Positions 36,776-48,100 of a stretch of DNA of 64,000 nt are shown here, in pieces. The DNA comes from Chiloscyllium plagiosum (taxonomy: Eukaryota), in NCBI RefSeq assembly GCF_004010195.1, contig NC_057740.1:17726912-17790911 (forward strand), in the 5' to 3' direction. Every line of letters starts with the position of its first letter. Positions within the stretch are counted from its first letter, which is position 1. The notes under the pieces are model-generated. The model saw only the letters and a list, made by a program, of their open reading frames with translations, was not told where the DNA came from and searched no databases. Position numbers and translations under genes: made by a program.

Positions 36776-37303
36776 GTTTGGATAGCAGCAGCTGCAACAA
36801 TGCAGCACTCCTTCAGTACTGCTTTAGTGAATATAACTTGAATTGCATATCATAACTTTTATATATATGTATAAGGTAATACACGTTGCTTAGCAATAGC
36901 AGGTTCATGAAAGTTGACAATTGTGAAAACATGTTTTCCTTTGCTTACGTACTGTAAAGCTATACAAATGAAGTAAGGAAATAATTACAGATCTTCTAAA
37001 AATCAATTGACTATGTTTCCTTTCACAAGTCACTCCCATTCTACATAACCTAATTTATTCATAGATTTTCTGCATCATTTTCTCCCTCTGCTTTCTCTTG
37101 TGCCTATGTGTCATATCACTCTACAGTTATGGTGAAGAGACATGCCTGAAGACCTTTGTCTTAAGCGTAGCTGTATTACGGTAAGAAAGTGCATGCTAAG
37201 TGTGGAGCTTTCACAAAAAGCAATTATGCCGCTAAGAGCCTAGAGCCTGCCAAAGTACAACCAGGTTACTTCATTACTGAAGGTTCTAATTTGTTTCAAT
37301 GAA

Positions 37304-37400
37304 GATCCTCAATCTCCAGCTTCAACGGTGTCTAGTGGAAGGCACTCAAAGATTGTTGATCTTAATGGTGAAGCATTCATATTGTGCTTATCATTGGATC
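37304..37400 (-). ncRNA. Candidate box C/D snoRNA with variant boxes
   Basis: GATCC-A-ATGATAA...TTGA-GGATC, 97 nt: perfect 5-bp terminal stem in canonical K-turn spacing, with the C/D G-C pair replaced by A-U. Lies between a minus-strand GTGAGT donor (37449) and a ttggcag acceptor (~37247). Confidence 0.42.
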
Positions 37401-37502
37401 ACAAAATAACAGACAGGGAGGTGAGAATCATTTGATATAAAATACTCACCTTTAAATCCAATCCTGTACAAGTCTCATTCGTTTTTGCGGCAAACAAGAA
37501 AA

Positions 37503-38002
37503 NNNNNNNNNNNNNNNNNNNNNNNNNNNNNNNNNNNNNNNNNNNNNNNNNNNNNNNNNNNNNNNNNNNNNNNNNNNNNNNNNNNNNNNNNNNNNNNNNN
37601 NNNNNNNNNNNNNNNNNNNNNNNNNNNNNNNNNNNNNNNNNNNNNNNNNNNNNNNNNNNNNNNNNNNNNNNNNNNNNNNNNNNNNNNNNNNNNNNNNNNN
37701 NNNNNNNNNNNNNNNNNNNNNNNNNNNNNNNNNNNNNNNNNNNNNNNNNNNNNNNNNNNNNNNNNNNNNNNNNNNNNNNNNNNNNNNNNNNNNNNNNNNN
37801 NNNNNNNNNNNNNNNNNNNNNNNNNNNNNNNNNNNNNNNNNNNNNNNNNNNNNNNNNNNNNNNNNNNNNNNNNNNNNNNNNNNNNNNNNNNNNNNNNNNN
37901 NNNNNNNNNNNNNNNNNNNNNNNNNNNNNNNNNNNNNNNNNNNNNNNNNNNNNNNNNNNNNNNNNNNNNNNNNNNNNNNNNNNNNNNNNNNNNNNNNNNN
38001 NN
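37503..38002. other. Assembly gap (500 N)
   Basis: Run of n characters. Confidence 0.99.
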
Positions 38003-38314
38003 AAAGCAAAGTCTGAGGCACCTTACACCACTGGGAGTCTCAACACTCTGGCAAAGCTACATGACCACTTGTCCTATTTCTCTCTAGTTTGAAAGAAGAC
38101 TCTAAAGTCTCATTCTCTAGCCTTTCTGTGATGTAGGACAAACTCCGAGATATTGGTAATGTTGCCAATTCCAGCCTGGAAGGAATCTAAGTTTTAGAGC
38201 TTTTGGGGCCCAGTGATCACCAGTTTCATCCTTGCCCTGTTCTGTGGCTTCATCTCACTGTGATACTGCACTCCAGGAAGGATTAATGTCCCTGTAAGAC
38301 AGTGCAGGTTTTCT

Positions 38315-39535
38315 GCTCATAGTCCTACTAGAGAAGGGGCAAAACTTGACCTCCTCTTCAGAAATAACGAAGGGCAGTGACTGAGGTGTTATTGGGGTCA
38401 CTTTGGGACTAGTGACCAAACTTCTGTGTGCTTTAAAATGGATAAGGGAAAGGATGGGTCTAGTCCACAAGTTGAAGTTCTAAATTAGGGCAAGGTATTA
38501 AACAGGAACTTTCAAAAGTTGATTGGGAAAGGCTGTTCACAGTTAAAGGGATGTCTGACTTTCAAAAGCGAGATACCAAGAGTTCAGGCCCAGCATGTAA
38601 AGAGCAAGTCTGTAGCAGGAGTAGGGAGCACTCAATGATTAGAGAGAATGAGACTCTGGTCAAGAAAAAAAGAGGCATATGTCAAGTATAGGCAGCAAGT
38701 GAATCCCTTGAGGAGGACACTTAAGAGGGAAATCAGGAGGGCAAAAAAGGGACATGAGATAGCTTTGGCAGATAGGTAAAGGAGAATCCAAAGAGATTCT
38801 ACAAGAATACTAATGGCAAAAGAGTAACTAGGGAGTGAATAGAGCCTCTAAATCATGAGGGGCATAGATCAGGTGAATAGCCAATGACTTTTCCCCAGTG
38901 AGGGGAATCATAGAATCCCTACAGTGTGAAAACAGGCCCTTCAGCCCAACAAGTCCACACCAACACTCTGAAGAGTAACCCACCAAGACCCATTCCCCTA
39001 CCCTATTATCCTAACTAATGCATCTAACCACACATCACTAAACACTATAGGCTATTTAGCATGGCCAATTCACCGAACCTGCACATCTTTGGATTGTGGG
39101 AGGAAACTGGAGCACCCGGAGGAAACCCACGCAGACACAGGGAGAACGTGCAAACTGCACACAGTTGCCCGAGGCTGGAATCAAACCTGGGTCCCTGGTG
39201 ATGTGAGGGTGCTGTGAGGTAGCAGTGCTAACTACTGAACCACAGTGCAAACTTGAGGGCATACGTTTAAAGTGAGGGGGTAAAGATATAAAGGGGACAC
39301 GAGGGGCAACTCTTTCATGCAGAGGGTGCTGCATATTTGGAATGAGCTGCCAGAGGAAGTTGTAGAGGTGGGTACAATTACAAAATTTAAAAGATATTTG
39401 GACAGGTACACGGATGGGAAAGGTTTAGAAGGATATGAGCCAAATGCTGGCAAATGGCATTAGTTCAGGTTAGGAAACCTAGTCAGCAAGGATAAACTGG
39501 GCTGAAAAGCTTGCCTCTATGCTCTATGACTATGA
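38315..39535 (+). mobile_element. Decayed CR1 LINE with an antisense HE1-type SINE (38907-39248)
   Basis: Endonuclease-linker remnants and CR1 3' tail on both sides of the SINE. Confidence 0.75.
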
Positions 39536-40929
39536 CTAATTGAATTAGCTGAAAAGGGTAATGAAATCCAATCCTATGCAAGTGTGCAGTGCTAATGATT
39601 GCAATTCAGCAGCTCTAAGGTTCATCTTCATTGCAGTCAAGACGTGACAGGATAGGGTTGGATCCTCTTTGGAGTATCGATGGGCCAAATGACTTTTTTC
39701 CTTACTGTAGGCATTCTATGATTCTTCAACACTACTGAATAAAGACTTGTGCATTAAGGACAAAATCTCCATTAGGACAGCACCATAGCCACAACATCCT
39801 CGTCTTGGAACAGATTCAGATAGAGGTTGGAGGGGTCCTTAGCAATTTATTGCCATTATTTTCTGAGTATGCCCCAACAGCACTGGACATTTATCTTCTG
39901 TTTCATCTGTTGACAAGGACCTTGAGTGGAACATGCAAATACCTTATTGTCTGCTCCCTTCCATGCTTTATTATTGATTACTGCATAGCGTACTATTCAC
40001 AATGCATGTTCAGCAAGTGCAGACTAGCTTTAAGGATTACAGGCCAGCTGTAAGGAGTTTTAGACTATAAATGTAATGGGGTTGTTGCTTACAATGAACA
40101 CGCAGCAGAACGTATTATACTTGCATTCTATTTAATGAGTTTGGGTTAATCACAATCCCTGATTGGGGCAAAGCAATTTAACCCCAGAGTCCAGATAAAA
40201 TTTGTAAGTAGGTATAAAATATTTAAGTAAGATTCCAGAAAAGTTGTACAATGAACAATTTTTTTAAGCACTTCTGAAAGACTCAGTGCATGTTAAAAGT
40301 TTAATTGAATTGAAGTACCATAAGTTCAAAAATAGATTGCTTTAGCACTAATGCTTAATCTCCAAACCTAGATAAAGGAAAGCAGTAGTATTTAGTATAA
40401 AGAGATGAAATGAATGCTTTGTTATTTAAGAGTGGACAAGATGATGATAATCAAAGAAGACAACAGTGTGGATGTTCTCAGTAGCCACAAGTAGCAGTTT
40501 GTTAGCACCAGTCAGGAGCCAAAGCGGCATGCATGTGCCTATTAAGGGAACAGGTTTTATATTTATTTATGTTTTAATTTTGAAATAGTCTGGATTTTTC
40601 TGTGTCATTTTGAATGTGAAATGTAAGCTTAATCTTGCTAACTGTGTCACAATCCTAGGTATTTAATATTGTTCTGTAATAATGTCTGTAATAAAATAAC
40701 CCAGCTAAGAGACAAGTCATTATTGTAATTCTCTATGATTAATCATACAGTGGCACGACCTGAATTAAAACAGGTATTATTTAATTAATTAAAGTGCTGG
40801 TAATTGTGCAGATCTACATCTGACTTTGAATGTCATGTATTGCAAGTCGAAATGTTTTCACAGTTTTCTGGTTGTGATAGGTTTGTGCTAGTGTGCCTCT
40901 TAATAAAATAAGGACTGGCAAATGTAAGC

Positions 40930-42724
40930 TTCTGGGTGTAGGTTTGCTCACCGAGCTGGAAGATTCATTTTCAGATATTTCGTCACCATACTAGGTAATA
41001 TAATCAGTGAGCCTCCAGCTGAAGCACTAGTGGCATGGCCTGCTTTCCATTTATGTGTTTGGGTTTCCTTGGGTGATTGATGTCATTTCCTGTTCTTTTT
41101 CTCAGGGGATGGTAAATGGGATCCAAGTCAATGTGTTTGTTGATAGAGTTCCAGTTGGAAGGCCATACTTCTAGGAATTCTCGTGCGCGTCTCTGTTTGG
41201 CTTGTTCTAGGTTGGATGTGTTGTCCCAGTTGGTATCCTTCCTCATTTGTATTTAAGGATACTAGTTAGAGTGGGTCATATCTTTTTGAGGCTGATGAAG
41301 GGTTTATCCCTGAAACATCGATTCTCCTGCTCCTTGGATGCTACTTGACTTGCTTTGCCTTTCCAGCACTACACTCTCAACTCTGATCTCCAGCATCTGC
41401 AGTCCTCACTTTCTCCTTTTTGTGGCTAGTTGATGTTCATGTATCCTGGTGGCTAGTTTTCTGCCTATTTGTCCAATGTAGTGTTTGTTACAGTCCTTGA
41501 AAGGTATTTTGTAAATGACATTAGTTTTGCTTGTTTTCTGTATTGTGTCTTTCAAATTCATTAGCTGATATTTTAGTGTATTAGTGGGTTTGTGGGCTAC
41601 CACGATGCCAAGAGGTTTGAGTAGTCTGGCAGTCATTTCGTGATGTCTTTGATGAAGGGGAGCGTGGCTAGGGTCTCTGGATGTGTTTCGTCTGCTTGTT
41701 GGGGTTTGTTGCTGAGAAATTGGCAGACTGTGCTCACTGGCGACCTGTTCTTTTTGAATACTCTGTATAGGTGATTTTCCTCTGATCTGCATAATTCCTC
41801 TGTGCTGCAGTGTGTAGTGTCTCGTTGAAATAATGTTCTAATGCATCTTCTTTGTGGGTGTTGGGATGATTGCTTCTGCAGTTCGGTATTTGATCAGTAT
41901 GTGTTGTTTTCCTGTAGATGCTGGTTTGAAGTTCACTGTGCTGCAACATCTAGGAATGGCAGTTTGTTGTTGTTTTCCTTCTCTTTAGCGAATTTTATGC
42001 CAGTAAGGGTATTATGGATGGTCTTGAAGGTTCCCTCTAATTTGTTTTGTTTAGTGATGACAAAGGTGTCATCCACGTAGCGGACCCAAAGTTTGGGTTG
42101 GATGGTTGGCAGAGCTGTTTGTTCGAATCGCTGCATTACTGCCTCTTGGCAACATGGTCATCCACAAACCCACTAAAATAGCAGCTAATGAACTTGAAAG
42201 ACCCTATACAGACAACAAGCAAAACTAATGTCATTTACAAAATACCTCACAAGAACTGCAACAAACACTACATTGGATAAACAGGCAGAAAACTAGCTAC
42301 CAGAATACATGAACATCAACTAGCCACAAAAAGACTTGACCCATTCCCACTAGTATCCCTACATAGAGATGAGGAAAGACACCACTTCGACTGGGACAAC
42401 ACATCCATCCTAGGACAAGTCAAACAGAGACACACACGGGAATTCCTAGAAGTATGGTATTCCAATTGGAACTCTATCAACAAACACATTGACTTGGATG
42501 CCATTTACCACCCCCTGAGAAAAAGAACAGGAAATGACATCACCCACCCAAGGAAACCTAAACACAAATAGAAAGCGGGCTATGCCACCAATGCTTCATC
42601 CAGAGGCTCACAGATGCTGTTACTTAGTATGGTGACGAAATATCTGAAAACAAACCTTGCAGCTCAGTGAGCAAAGCTACATGCCGAATCTCAACCTGAG
42701 CTACAAATCTTCTCAAAACCCACT
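40930..42724 (-). mobile_element. Penelope-like element (second family): RT and GIY-YIG on minus (40930-42146) joined to an inverted GIY-YIG/pLTR copy on plus (42158-42724)
   Basis: WVRYVDDTF (RT) and NVIYKIP.KDCNKHYIGQ.GRKLATRIHEH (GIY-YIG); 9-bp TSD aatgtaagc at 40921-40929 and 42725-42733; nested pLTR of another family at 41289-41416. Confidence 0.9.
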
Positions 42725-44527
42725 AATGTAAGCATATTCAAATGCAAGCTCTAATGCTTGAAACTGAGTTGATTCATCTAGTATCTTATAAATGTAAAAA
42801 AGCTTTATTGATTTACTATTGCATAACCTTGAAAGTGAGAAGACAACAGTTCAGATGTATAAAATGATAATATCACAAAACATGCAACCTATTTGAAATC
42901 TCAAGATGGGTTGAGAATGGGCTGCTTTATTATTAAACCCCAACCTTGCTTGCATTTTTTGGATGGATATTAAAAAATTCTGTATCACTATTTGGGGTTT
43001 TATCAGTCTAATAGCTAAAATCTCCCTCTCCACCAATTAACATCTGCAAAAACAAGTGAACTTCTTATTCAGGTCATTCAGTGTTAGAAATTTCAGTGTG
43101 CAAATTGGTTGTTGCATTTCCTTAACTGTCACAATTCTGGAGGTTGTACATAAGACGTCTGAATCATTGGTTATCTCCGCAAATGGATCTGGCCCCTGTA
43201 ATCCAGACATTTTTTTGCTGCCCGATATCTAAATGAATGGTAAGCACAGCCTTGGTATTGGAACAAAGAACACTTGCTTCATACCCCAATTGTTGGAGTG
43301 TATTGCATGCTACATTATGAACTTAGGCTTGATAAGCATTCTTACAAAAGAATTAAATAGTTTTATTTGCAATATATAGGAATAAACAAAAGTTTACACA
43401 GTGAGATCAGTATCTGTGATATGTAAAATAAAAAAAACTTGATTACTCTCTCTCTTTGACCACATATACAACTTCAAACTGAACATCACTCATTATTACA
43501 TCTGGTAACTACTGAGTTGAAACACATAGGTATTTTTCACACAAGTACAGAGAATAAAATATCTAATCAGTCCGTGAATTTAATTTCCTGACAACAGAAC
43601 TGTCACTTACAGATGGCTTCAGTCAATAAAAGTCTAGTTTTCTTTCGAAGCATCTGAAAGTTATTTCACCTTTGTACTCAGAATCGGGGGCTGAAGCACA
43701 TTCCTCTGCCTCTGAACATCATGATAAAATTCAACAATCAATACAGCAAAGTAACTGCCCGTGTACAGATTAAATGTGAGAATACACACATTAGATGAGG
43801 CATTGGGATATCAGTAGCCAATTTTGATTTGTTTTCAACTCAGTAGTTACCAGATGTAATAATGAGTGATGTTCAGTTTGAAGTTGTATATGCAGTGCCA
43901 TTTATCACAGTGCTTATCTGACAAACAGTATTGGATGAGTAGAAATTTTGTTCCAATTAAACACTGAAGACATTCCCAATACATTTGTTCCACCTCTCCC
44001 CATGAGTACACTAAGGCCTTCTCAACCCATTTAACCCTGAGCTGAGATTTGACCCTAGAACCAAGACTATCTATCACAACCTTGCTAGCGTGCCTGTCCC
44101 AATTCATCAGTTACCCAGATAGAAAGATGGAAAGTAAAACTTGTGGGGTGCTGGCAGGTGGAACTAGATTGGGTTGGGATATCTGGTAGGCATGGATGAG
44201 TTGGACTGAAGGGTCTGTTTCATGCTGTATATCTCTATGACACATACTAATCTGATTGATTGATATTTCGAAAAGGAGCTCCAGTACTTTCACGTTCGAG
44301 TACAATTTGTATTCCTGGTTTTTTACCCTCTCGAATGCTGCAATGTCTGTATTACCTCTAACCTTGCCTATTCTAATGCTCTGCTACTCATGAATCCCGC
44401 ACTTAAAATAAAAGCGGAATAGTAAGAAAACCTGAAATAAACACATTAAAACAGAAATTACTGGAGAAACAGATCTGGCAGACCACGGGGACACGTAAAC
44501 TCTGCAGCTTTCCCCACGGATGCTGCT

Positions 44528-44700
44528 AGAGCCGAGATTAGTGTTGCTGGAAAAGCACAGCAGGTCAGGCAGCATCCGAGGTCTCTATTCCTGATGAACG
44601 TCGATGTTCCTGCTCCTCGGATGCTGCCTGACCTGCTGTGCTTTTCCAGCAACACTCTGATCTCGGCTCTGGTTTCCAGCATCTGCAGTCCTTGTTTTTA
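44528..44700. mobile_element. Inverted pLTR cassette with a stem-II-deleted hammerhead, nested in a palindromic element
   Basis: Arms gtgttgctggaaaagcacagcaggtcaggcagcatccgagg and its reverse complement; centre cctgatgaacgtcga. Confidence 0.7.
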
Positions 44701-44749
44701 ACCTTGCTGCTAAAGCCTGCTGAGTTTCGCCAGCATTTTCAGTTTGGAT

Positions 44750-45180
44750 CCCCCACACCGAACTTCAGCCTAATTTTAACACTCATTCAGTATATCTCAG
44801 TCATTTCCCCGCCCCCGGATTGACCTCCAGATCCGACAATCCTCCACAGAGATGCACCGCTCGCGCACGCACACGCACACTCCCGCCGCCATCACACCCC
44901 GAGCGCGAGCTCATTGCGCCTGCGCTCCGCCGGTCACGTGCTCCCGGCCCCGCCGTCCTCTCGCGATATCTGACTGGTTTCCCCGCAGTGGAGACGGTGT
45001 CCTTGAGGCGCTCGGTGATGGGCTACTGGGACTCGGCCGATGGCGAGCACTGTCCCAACAAAACATGGGCCGCTACACAGGCTGGGGCAGGCCTCGGTGA
45101 GTGCTGGGATCCGGGGGGTGGAAATGGGAGGATTCACTAAATGCGGGAACAGAGGGACGAGCGCCATCCACCAGCTGAAC
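44750..45180. promoter_or_regulatory. CpG-island promoter of NDUFA11
   Basis: CpG-dense; NRF1 TGCGCCTGCGC 44915-44925, E-box GTCACGTG 44933-44940, BANP/CGCG element TCTCGCGATA 44959-44968, GC boxes and a YY1-like GCCGCCAT 44885-44892. Confidence 0.75.
45018..45096 (+). CDS. NDUFA11: NDUFA11 exon 1
   Basis: gtgATGG start; YWD..DG..C motif; donor GTGAGT at 45097. Confidence 0.9.
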
Positions 45181-48100
45181 CTTTAACCTTTACACAGGGG
45201 CAGGGGGTTACTGAGTATTTTATTTCATGTACACACACAGCTTCGGGATGGTATGGCGGGCACTGCCAGAAGAGATACTGCAAGCAGATTGAATAGTAAT
45301 TTGTAAAGGAAAAGGTATATGCTTTTAATCAACCTGATCAGATGTGTTATGATAAACTTGTAGAGCGGTGGTACTTGAACCTAGGCCTCTGACAAGTTAA
45401 GAGTGTTGCTGGCCTAAAAGGAGATGAGATTGGATGGCACAAGCACATTGGGCCAATGTTTTAATTATTTCATGGGATGTGCATGTTGCTATAGATGTCA
45501 TAGGCAAGCCCAGCGTTTGGTGCCCATCTCTAGTTGCCCTTGAAGTGTTGCTTGCTTGTCCAATTCAGAGAACATTTAGTTTTTTTTTAAAAGTCCACAT
45601 TCCTGTTGGTCTGGAGCCCATGTAAGCCAATCCAAGTAAAGTGACATATTTTGTTCTCTCAAGGACATTTACAGCAATCAGTGATTAAATTCATGGTTAC
45701 TACTAGTGAGTGTAGTCATATTTCAGGTTTAATTGTGTTTAAATATGTGAATTAAACTGTCATTCTCAGAGTGCTCGCCTGTACTACTGAATTGCTAACC
45801 CGGTAACATCACAGCATTATCTTCCCTCCAGAAGTGGCCTCTTGTGGACTGTATCCCTTTTATATTCCAACCCTCTCAAGAGGGTTGGAATATAAAAGCA
45901 CTGATGTGCTACTGAGACTTTATAAAGCTCTGGTTAGGCCCCATTTAGAATACTGTGTCCAGTTTTGGTCCCCACACCTGAGGAAGGACATACTGGCACT
46001 GGAGCGTGTCCAGCGGAGATTCACACGAATGATCCCTGGAATGGTTGGTCTAACATATGAGGAACGGCTGAGGATCCTGAGATTATATTCATTGGAGTTT
46101 AGAAGATTAAGGGGAGATCTAATAGAAACTTACAAGATAATACATGGCTTGGAGAGGGTGGATGCTAGGAAATTATTTCCGTTAGGCGAGGAGACGAGGA
46201 CCCGTGGACACAGCCTTAGAATTAGAGGGGGTAAATTCAGAACAGAAATGCTGAGACATTTCTTCAGCCAGAGAGTGGTGGGCCTGTGGAATTCATTGCC
46301 ACAGAGTGCAGTGGAGGCTGCGACACTAAATGTCTTCAAGGCAGAAATTGATAAATTCTTGATGTCACAAGGAATTAAGGGCTACAGGGAGAATGCGTGT
46401 AAGTGGAGTTGAAATGCCCATCAGCCATGATTCAATGGCGGAGTGGACTCGATGGGCCGAATGGCCTTACTCACGCTCCTATGTCTTATGGTCTTATGGT
46501 ATCATTCTTTTTTTAAATTCATTCCTGGAACATGGGCATTGCTGGCTAGATCAGTATTTATTGTCCATCCCTAATTGACCAGAGAGCATTACTCACGCTC
46601 CTATGTCTTATGGTCTTATGGTATCATTCTTTTTTTTAAATTCATTCCTGGAACATGGGCATTGCTGGCTAGATCAGTATTTATTGTCCATCCCTAATTG
46701 ACCAGAGAGCATTCAGAGTCAACCACATTGCTGTGGGTCTGGAATCACATTAGGCCAGGCCAGGTAAGGCTGAGAGTTTCCTTCGCTCAAGGGCATTAGT
46801 GAACCAGATGGATTTTTCTAACAATTGTCAATGATTTCATGATCATCAATAGGCTTGATTTCAGATTTCTATTGAATTCAAATCTCACCATTTGCAATGA
46901 GGGGATTTGAGCCTAGGTTTCCAGAACAATGCTTGGGTCTCTGGATTAATACCACTAGGCCATCAGTTCCCCTTATCCTTGGAAATAAGCAGGACACTTG
47001 CTGGCTCTTAATGATTAAAAACACAATCATAAAATCATTGAACGTGGAAGAAGGCCACTTGACTCATTGGTTGTATGCTGGCCTGTCAGAGGAGCAAATC
47101 ATGTTCTGGCACTCCTTTACCCTCTCCCTAGATTCCCTATACTGTACATTCTTTTCAGATATAATGCTGAAAGCAAGATCCAGATGCTTGAGAACAAAAT
47201 GGTTTCCATTTTAGATTTTATAAGCATGTTCTCATGGGTGATTCACTTGACTCGTTCATCTGTGATAGTGAATAAAACCAATCTCTAGCCTCACATATTC
47301 TTATGCACAAGTTTTATCATCTTAAACCTTGTATTTTTTTTTGTACTTGTGTTTGTCCCCTCTTTTCTTTCAACCTGTATTGTCGTGTGCATCTAAGCTT
47401 GGACCTGTTTTGCTCTGTCTGCCTCTAATACAAAACACAACAATTGAGAGCCCAGGTCAGTTTGAAAATGACGTTGCTTTTCTTTGCCTGATTCCTTTGA
47501 GTTGATGAGTGATGATAGGAACAGCAGAGATCACGACTGGTGCCACAAATAATGTTGGAAGTGATGTTTGCGGTGGCCCATGTGCAATAACCCTTAACGT
47601 CACAGTGGCCTATGACATGCTTCATCAAAGCATCCTTCTCTAGCCTAATCAGATTAGAGTCCCTTGGTCCCCCTTTTGTCTATTCCCACGAGACAGATCA
47701 TTCTTCGTAATTGCTTTTCTTCCTGTCCCTGCACTGTCAGGCTCTTAATGTTGATCCCACCCCATCCTTTTGACATAACAACTTGGTAGTAGCTCCTGGC
47801 AACAAGTCTTAGAATCATAGAGATGTACAGCATGGAAACAGACCCTTCAGTCCAACCCGTCCATGCTGACCAGATATCCCAACCCAATCTAGTCCCACCT
47901 GCCAGCATCCGACCCATATCCCTCCAAACCCGTCCTATTCGTATACCCATCCAAATGCCTCTTAAATATTGCAATTGTACAAGCCTCCACCACTTCCTCT
48001 GGCAGCTTATTCCATACATGTAACACCCTCTGTGTGAAAATGTTGCCCTTTAGGTCTCTTTTATATCTTTCCCCTCTCACCCTAAACCTAATGCCCTATA

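Noticed and set aside
37300-37345. Plus-strand resemblance to tRNA-Sec (gatcctca...gcttcaa...tgtctag)
   Set aside because: Spacing is wrong and no cloverleaf can form.
37452-38087. Two long ORFs in the ORF track
   Set aside because: Artefacts of translating through the N gap.
43124-43220. H/ACA snoRNA-like fold on minus (AGATAA box, terminal ACA)
   Set aside because: Only ~97 nt, hairpins too short, pocket-to-box distance ~10-11 nt rather than 14-15, and the 3' part runs into old SINE-like sequence.
43615-43725. Second C/D snoRNA candidate on minus (ATGATGT...CTGA)
   Set aside because: No terminal stem in the correct register and no recognisable guide.
44797-44892. 31-aa minus ORF MAAGVCVCVRERC... 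as a divergent coding gene
   Set aside because: Low-complexity, no strong donor and no downstream coding exons found; kept only as a hint of bidirectional transcription.
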